Shown: positions 58,635 to 64,000 of the stretch, in pieces
Numbering within the stretch: position 1 is the first letter of the stretch
How the letters are laid out: every line of letters begins with the position of its first letter
Notes under the pieces: model-generated
Seen by the model: only the letters and a program-made list of their open reading frames with translations
Told to the model about the DNA's origin: nothing
Database searches by the model: none
DNA from: Candidatus Nomurabacteria bacterium
GTDB taxonomy: Bacteria; Patescibacteriota; Minisyncoccia; Phycocordibacterales; UBA9973
Reading direction: 5' to 3'
Assembly (NCBI GenBank): GCA_943348755.1
Contig: CALQYS010000003.1
Location: forward strand, 2,482 to 66,481
Length of the DNA: 64,000 nt
Position numbers and translations under genes: made by a program

Positions 58635-59528
58635 CTACTTCTTGTCTTGCTGTTCCTGTATCCAAACCAAAAGCGGTGAAGCAAAGAAAAGTGACGAATA
58701 GATGCCAAAGAAAAGGCCAATGGTCAAAATTAGGGAGAAATTTTTAGTCGTCTCTGGACCGAAGAAGTAAAGCGGAACTAGCACAAAAATAATAGTGATG
58801 GTTATATTGATAGAGCGAACAATGGTCTGGCTTGTACTTACACCAACTGTTTGTGCAAAATTTTTCATACCACCATCTCTTAAGTTTTCTCTAATCCTGT
58901 CAAAAACAACGATCTTGTCATGCACCGACAAGCCCAAAATAGTCAGAAGAGCTAGAACAAATAAAGTATCAACTTCGGCACTTGTGTAATGAGAGAGAAG
59001 TGCAAAAATTCCTGTCGGTATAATGATGTCGTGAAGAAGAGTGATGATGGTAATAATCCCATACTTCCATGATGACACTGGGCGTGACACCTTTCGGAAA
59101 GCATAAGTAATAAAAAGGATGATAGCGGTAATGACAAAAATAATCGAAAGAATGGCCTTATGGGCAAGCTCACTACCAACCGAAGGGCCGATAGAGGTAA
59201 AACCTTTTTCTGTAACTGGATATTTTCCATTGATGGATAGAGAGCCGGAAAGTGCTTCGTGTTCTGCCTGACTTAAATCTCTGGTCTTAATGATATAACC
59301 ATTTTCCCCTGTGGGCTGAATAAGCACTTGGTTAATGTTAAGTTTTTTAACGGCATTTTCCACTAAAGATACATCTGGACGCCCGAGAGAATAAGCAACT
59401 TCAAGTAATGCTCCTCCTTTAAAATCAATACCGAGTTTAAGACCAAAAGTAAAAACGAAAACGAGAGAAACAACCATTAGAATAATCGATAGAGATAAAA
59501 ATATTTTTTTGTATTTGATGATAAACAT
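58635..59528 (-). CDS. secF: protein translocase subunit SecF
   Basis: GIDFKGG, IGPSVG.EL, HD.IVVFDRIREN. Confidence 0.95.
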   Translation of the reverse strand: MFIIKYKKIFLSLSIILMVVSLVFVFTFGLKLGIDFKGGALLEVAYSLGRPDVSLVENAVKKLNINQVLIQPTGENGYIIKTRDLSQAEHEALSGSLSINGKYPVTEKGFTSIGPSVGSELAHKAILSIIFVITAIILFITYAFRKVSRPVSSWKYGIITIITLLHDIIIPTGIFALLSHYTSAEVDTLFVLALLTILGLSVHDKIVVFDRIRENLRDGGMKNFAQTVGVSTSQTIVRSINITITIIFVLVPLYFFGPETTKNFSLILTIGLFFGIYSSLFFASPLLVWIQEQQDKK

Positions 59529-59536
59529 AATATGTA

Positions 59537-60934
59537 TTAATTATTTTTCATATCTTGCGCTTGTTTTTTAGCTGAAGAAAAACCACTACCGAAAAGAAAA
59601 CTGGTTAAACTATTGTTTTTATTAATACCAAGAGCAAAAAGGAATATTCTAGACACAGTAATAGCCGAAAACATCGACACTAAGACACCCAGACCAAAGG
59701 TCAAGGCGAATCCTTTGATAAGCGGTGTACCGAGCCAAAACAGGATGATAGAAGTAACAATACTTGAAGTATTTGAGTCTCGGACAGATGTCCAAGCCCT
59801 TTTGAAGCCAGCATGAATACCATCATGAATATTATTCCCCTTCCTTATTTCTTCTTTCATTCTTTCAAAGATAAGTACATTAGCATCGACGGCCATCCCA
59901 AGCGAGATAATAAAGCCACCAATTCCCGCAGCCGTTAAAGTAACAGGCATAAGCTTAAAAATAGCTAAAAGAACGCTAGTGTAAAAAATAAGGGCAATAG
60001 TTGCTATCAAACCCGGTAAACGGTACCAAAGAACTAGAAATAGGGCGATTAATAAGAATCCTATAATTGCAGCTTTTACTCCAGCCCTTACTGCAGACTC
60101 ACCTAGTGTGGCACCGATGGTTTGAGTAGAAAGAAGAGTGATCGGCACAGGCAGCGCTCCAGAGTTAAGACGACCAACAAGAAGCTTCGCTTCGTTTGGA
60201 GTGAAATTCCCAGAGATAATCGCTTGGCCATTTGGGATTTCTTCACGAACCACAGGAGTAGATACCGGTGCGCCGTCTAGATATATAGCTACCATTTTCC
60301 CGACGTTATCCTTTGTTATTTGTGCAAAAAGTTTTGTACCTTTATCATCAAACTGAAGATTCACTCTTGGTTCACGAGTATTTTGATCAAATTCCAAAGT
60401 TGCCTTCTCTAAATACCTGCCAGTAAGCTCGGTTCCTACAAATTGAGGACTTACATCTACTACATTGGCTGCACCATTTTTATCTACCACCAGCTTTTGC
60501 GGGGCGCCCTTAGGGGCTTCTGTCTTAAACTCTAAAAGGGGGGTTTGCCCGATCATCGCTACTGCCTTTTTTATATCGGTCACACCCGGAAGATCAACGA
60601 TCAACTGTTCTCCCCCACCCGAAATGAAACCCCCATGCTGTAATTGCACGACGGGTTCCGAAACTCCGAAAAGGTTAACACGTCGCTCGATCACGTCACG
60701 AAGCGCATCCATTGAATTCCCAACTTGGCCAGCTGGTACAGCACTGACATCCGCTTTGTATATCAGATGGCTACCACCAGATAGATCTAAGCCAAGACGG
60801 AAAGGAAATTTCTTGAAAAAAGCTTTTTGCGTCTCAAAACTTTTGTTTAACTTGGGTTCAGTCTTGTAAACAAAATAGGCCACACCGGAGCCCAAGACTA
60901 GTATTATTAGCGCCAAAATGATTCTTTTCTTCAT
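59537..60934 (-). CDS. secD: protein translocase subunit SecD
   Basis: LGLDLSGG, RVNLFGVSEP, SGALP, GMAVDANVLIFER. Confidence 0.96.
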   Translation of the reverse strand: MKKRIILALIILVLGSGVAYFVYKTEPKLNKSFETQKAFFKKFPFRLGLDLSGGSHLIYKADVSAVPAGQVGNSMDALRDVIERRVNLFGVSEPVVQLQHGGFISGGGEQLIVDLPGVTDIKKAVAMIGQTPLLEFKTEAPKGAPQKLVVDKNGAANVVDVSPQFVGTELTGRYLEKATLEFDQNTREPRVNLQFDDKGTKLFAQITKDNVGKMVAIYLDGAPVSTPVVREEIPNGQAIISGNFTPNEAKLLVGRLNSGALPVPITLLSTQTIGATLGESAVRAGVKAAIIGFLLIALFLVLWYRLPGLIATIALIFYTSVLLAIFKLMPVTLTAAGIGGFIISLGMAVDANVLIFERMKEEIRKGNNIHDGIHAGFKRAWTSVRDSNTSSIVTSIILFWLGTPLIKGFALTFGLGVLVSMFSAITVSRIFLFALGINKNNSLTSFLFGSGFSSAKKQAQDMKNN

Positions 60935-61004
60935 AAAGATACAGCTATACTATATGTTTTTTAGAAAATATGCAAATTGCACAGAAAGGTGATAAAATTC
61001 CGAT

Positions 61005-61532
61005 ATGAAAGATCTAGAATTTACAAGAGAAAATAGCAATACAAAGGACGGACTGCAACACAACGACTGGAGAAAACAGGTCATCTGGCCCATAATTCGA
61101 AATGAATCTCGAGACGATTTTTTGTCGCGTGAACCTAGAGAATCTAATCCTAATAACTATGTTGTAGAAGTATTCCCAAAAATCGACAAAGGACGTCCCG
61201 ATGAGAGCAAAACTTATCGTAGTATCATTCAAAATATTTTAAGAGGTAATGTAACGTCTGGAGTAATAGATTTAAGGCTCAATGATAAAGCGAAATATAC
61301 TATTTGGCTGGGTCAAAACCACATGGAGCTTACATCTAAAGCGGCCCAGATCCCTGACGACCCGAATGTGAGACAATATCTGATAAGTATAAAAGTGGCA
61401 GGAGATAAAGAAGGTAAAAATATTCGCATTATAGATGGATCTGTGGGAAAATCATGCGACAGAACACCTGAACAAATTGCAAAAGTTCTTGCCGCTGTTA
61501 ACGTTGCTTTAAATAATTATAAATTTGAATAA
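61005..61532 (+). CDS. hypothetical protein
   Basis: 175-aa ORF filling the gap, extended -10 box 6 nt upstream. Confidence 0.65.
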   Translation: MKDLEFTRENSNTKDGLQHNDWRKQVIWPIIRNESRDDFLSREPRESNPNNYVVEVFPKIDKGRPDESKTYRSIIQNILRGNVTSGVIDLRLNDKAKYTIWLGQNHMELTSKAAQIPDDPNVRQYLISIKVAGDKEGKNIRIIDGSVGKSCDRTPEQIAKVLAAVNVALNNYKFE

Positions 61533-61534
61533 CC

Positions 61535-62044
61535 CTACCCCCGCCAGGCTTTGCCTTGCGGAGAATTGTTAATTAGTATAGAAAGAACAGCGCCTAAGAT
61601 AAACCCACCAAAAATATCACCTGGAAAATGTACCCCAGCTATAATACGTGCGAGACCTATGAGTAAAGCAAAAAACATAAAAATATAGCCAGATTTTTTG
61701 TTCAAGAAAAATATCGATACGGCAAGTGCGGCGAAAAACGTCGCGTGACCTGAAGGAAAAGCGTAACCACTTTCAGGGAAAAGCGTGCGAATATTATCTA
61801 ACGCCACAAATGGTCTAGGGGCATGGACTAGGTATTTAAATATTAAGTCAAAAAATACGGCCAAACCTCCAGAAAAAAATACTAGGAAAAATTCTCGCCA
61901 AGATTTGCGATAAAAAATCAAGAATATACCCGCTATTAAAATTACTAAGTACGGAAAATAATTACCAAAAAATATTACAACGTGATCAAAAAAGTTTGAC
62001 TGGTGGGCTAGATTATAAAAAAAGTAGAAAATTTGGTTATTCAT
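61535..62044 (-). CDS. PAP2 phosphatase (BcrC-like undecaprenyl-PP phosphatase)
   Basis: K......RP, FPSGH, ARI..GVHF..D. Confidence 0.9.
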   Translation of the reverse strand: MNNQIFYFFYNLAHQSNFFDHVVIFFGNYFPYLVILIAGIFLIFYRKSWREFFLVFFSGGLAVFFDLIFKYLVHAPRPFVALDNIRTLFPESGYAFPSGHATFFAALAVSIFFLNKKSGYIFMFFALLIGLARIIAGVHFPGDIFGGFILGAVLSILINNSPQGKAWRG

Positions 62045-62910
62045 TTAGTGTATTTTAAATTTTTAGCAACCTTTAATACGTTATTGAGAAGCATGGCGAC
62101 AGTGACTGGCCCGACGCCTCCCGGCACTGGGGAAACATATGAAGCAATGTTTTTGACTGATTCCAAATCCACGTCACCCACAATACTACCTTTCACCCCC
62201 TGAGGCACATTTACCTCTTCAGAAGTACCAGCGTCTATCAAAACTGCTCCTAATTTTATCATATTACCAGTAATATATTTGCCCCTCCCTATACCTGAAA
62301 CGACGATATCGGCCTGTTTCAAGAGGTGTTCTTTGTTTTCCGTTTTGCTGTTAACTGCGAGGTAGGTCAGGTGTCTATATTGAAGAAGCGCAGAAACGGG
62401 TTTGCCCACCAGAGCCCCCTGCCCCAACACAACTATGATCTTACCTTTTAGATCTAAATTAATAGAATCAAGTAGCGCCATGCAGGCAAGAGCCGTGGGA
62501 TAAGCCAAATCTTTTTGGCTGTCATAGTCATTGTAGAATTTATTGCTGGCTAAAGTACCCAAACAATCCACATCAAGATGTGGGTCAATACTGTCGAGTA
62601 TCGCCTGTTTGTCAATTGAGGCTGGCAGTGGAAGCTGGATGATGATCCCACACATATTCTTTATTTTGTTTAAAGTTTTTATCTCTTTTATTAGATCTGC
62701 TGTTGATATCGAAGCAGGAAAAGCAGCTCGATGGAAATGAATACCCACCATTTCTGCTGTTTTAGCCTTCATTTCGACATACTGAAGTGATGCAGGGTCA
62801 TTACCCACCAAAACATCACAAAAAACCGGAGTAAAGGAAAGTTTGGCAACTTCCTTTTTTACATCAGCTAATATCTCTCCTCTTAATTTTCTGCCATCAA
62901 TTATTTGCAT
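62041..62910 (-). CDS. folD: methylenetetrahydrofolate dehydrogenase/cyclohydrolase
   Basis: YVEMK, GIIIQLPLP, VGKP, SPVPGGVGPVTVAML. Confidence 0.95.
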   Translation of the reverse strand: MQIIDGRKLRGEILADVKKEVAKLSFTPVFCDVLVGNDPASLQYVEMKAKTAEMVGIHFHRAAFPASISTADLIKEIKTLNKIKNMCGIIIQLPLPASIDKQAILDSIDPHLDVDCLGTLASNKFYNDYDSQKDLAYPTALACMALLDSINLDLKGKIIVVLGQGALVGKPVSALLQYRHLTYLAVNSKTENKEHLLKQADIVVSGIGRGKYITGNMIKLGAVLIDAGTSEEVNVPQGVKGSIVGDVDLESVKNIASYVSPVPGGVGPVTVAMLLNNVLKVAKNLKYTK

Positions 62911-62924
62911 AAAAGTAAATCTAA

Positions 62925-64000
62925 CTATGCGCCCAGAAACTCATTCTTCGTGTCATCACGATGTACTGATCTCGCATATCTTTTCATACCCATTAAAATC
63001 CCCAAACCAGAAAATTCAAACAAAAGGTGTGAGCCACCATAACTCATAAAGGGTAATGGTATCCCGGTCACCGGCATTAGACCCAAATTCATACCGACAT
63101 TGATGAGTATATGACTCATGAAGAAAATAGCAATCCCCATGCTAAAAAGTATTTCGAAGTTATACGCGCCCAAGGTAGCGCAATATAGAATCCTCCAGAT
63201 GACTAGGGTGTAAAGTAAAAGAATCAGGATGCAGCCGACAAACCCCCATTCTTCAGCATATGCAGAAAAGACGAAATCAGCTTGGGGTTGTGGTAAAAAT
63301 TTCAATCTTGATTGAGTGCCAAAACCCAAGCCTTTGCCGATAATTTGGCCAGAACCGACCGCAATGGTGGACTGAAAGGCGTTATAACCCGTCCCATGGA
63401 TGTCAGTAAGTGGATGGATAAAGTTAGCAATACGAGCTTTTTGATATGGTGCAAAAACTAAAAACCAAAATACTGCGAAAATGATGCCGCCGGCCGCAAA
63501 CACAGCCAACAAATGCACTTTAGAAATTCCAGAGACAAGCACCATGCCAAGCCAAATAAAAAATATAATCATTGCCGAACCAAAATCAGGCTGGAGCAAG
63601 ACTAAGATAAAGGGTATAAATGCATAAAAACCAGAGATAAAAATATGTTTTATATCTCGAACCTCGACGTGACGACGAGAAAAATATTTTGCTAAAACAA
63701 GCACCAACACCAGCTTCATCATGTCAACCGGCTGAAAAGAAAAAAAACCGAAGTTAAACCAGCTTTTAGAACCATGGGCGATATGCCCTGAAATAAAAAG
63801 TAAGAGCAAAATTAAAACATTAGAAATATAAATCGCAACCAAGACATTTGTACGTTTTAAAAAACGAAAATCTATAAAAGAAAAAATAAAGAAAATGGAA
63901 AAACCTATCAAAATCCACACAATTTGTTTATTAAAAAAGAGCCCAGCATCTTCCATTGGCGCAAATCCTTTCATGGTGACAAGTCCCGCAGAAATTATCG
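62925..64000 (-). CDS. rodA: SEDS-family peptidoglycan glycosyltransferase RodA (5' end beyond window)
   Basis: SFQP, LQPDFG, GYN..QS.IAVGSG, PVTGIPLPFMSYGGS. Confidence 0.88.
   Translation of the reverse strand, partial: IISAGLVTMKGFAPMEDAGLFFNKQIVWILIGFSIFFIFSFIDFRFLKRTNVLVAIYISNVLILLLLFISGHIAHGSKSWFNFGFFSFQPVDMMKLVLVLVLAKYFSRRHVEVRDIKHIFISGFYAFIPFILVLLQPDFGSAMIIFFIWLGMVLVSGISKVHLLAVFAAGGIIFAVFWFLVFAPYQKARIANFIHPLTDIHGTGYNAFQSTIAVGSGQIIGKGLGFGTQSRLKFLPQPQADFVFSAYAEEWGFVGCILILLLYTLVIWRILYCATLGAYNFEILFSMGIAIFFMSHILINVGMNLGLMPVTGIPLPFMSYGGSHLLFEFSGLGILMGMKRYARSVHRDDTKNEFLGA

Overview
AT-rich chromosomal segment of a reduced-genome bacterium, most likely Patescibacteria/CPR (Parcubacteria-like), inferred from the 16S rRNA, the shortened RF2/MurE and the gene content. 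It uses standard code 11. Most of the window is housekeeping genes on the minus strand: gyrA, murCDE, secA/D/F/G, rnj, a class Ic-type nrdAB, pyrG, ftsEX, prfB, gatCA, htpX, lemA, folD and rodA. It also has a stand-alone 16S rRNA gene and seven tRNAs. Highlights: (1) a ~7.9-kb large-serine-recombinase island at tRNA-Asp, in which a type IIG restriction-modification gene, a Cas4/RecB-like nuclease, an HTH protein and a structured non-coding block are bracketed by a perfect 183-bp inverted repeat derived from an att arm (candidate invertible defence cassette); (2) a 16S tail with no anti-Shine-Dalgarno sequence, together with at least 12 genes that have an extended -10 box exactly 6 nt before the start codon (pervasive leaderless mRNAs) and an atypical initiator tRNA; (3) a duplicated 77-nt covarying hairpin in front of two tiny basic proteins; (4) unannotated promoter-to-terminator units and REP-like palindromes, one inserted in frame in murC. 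All calls are by eye; no searches were run.
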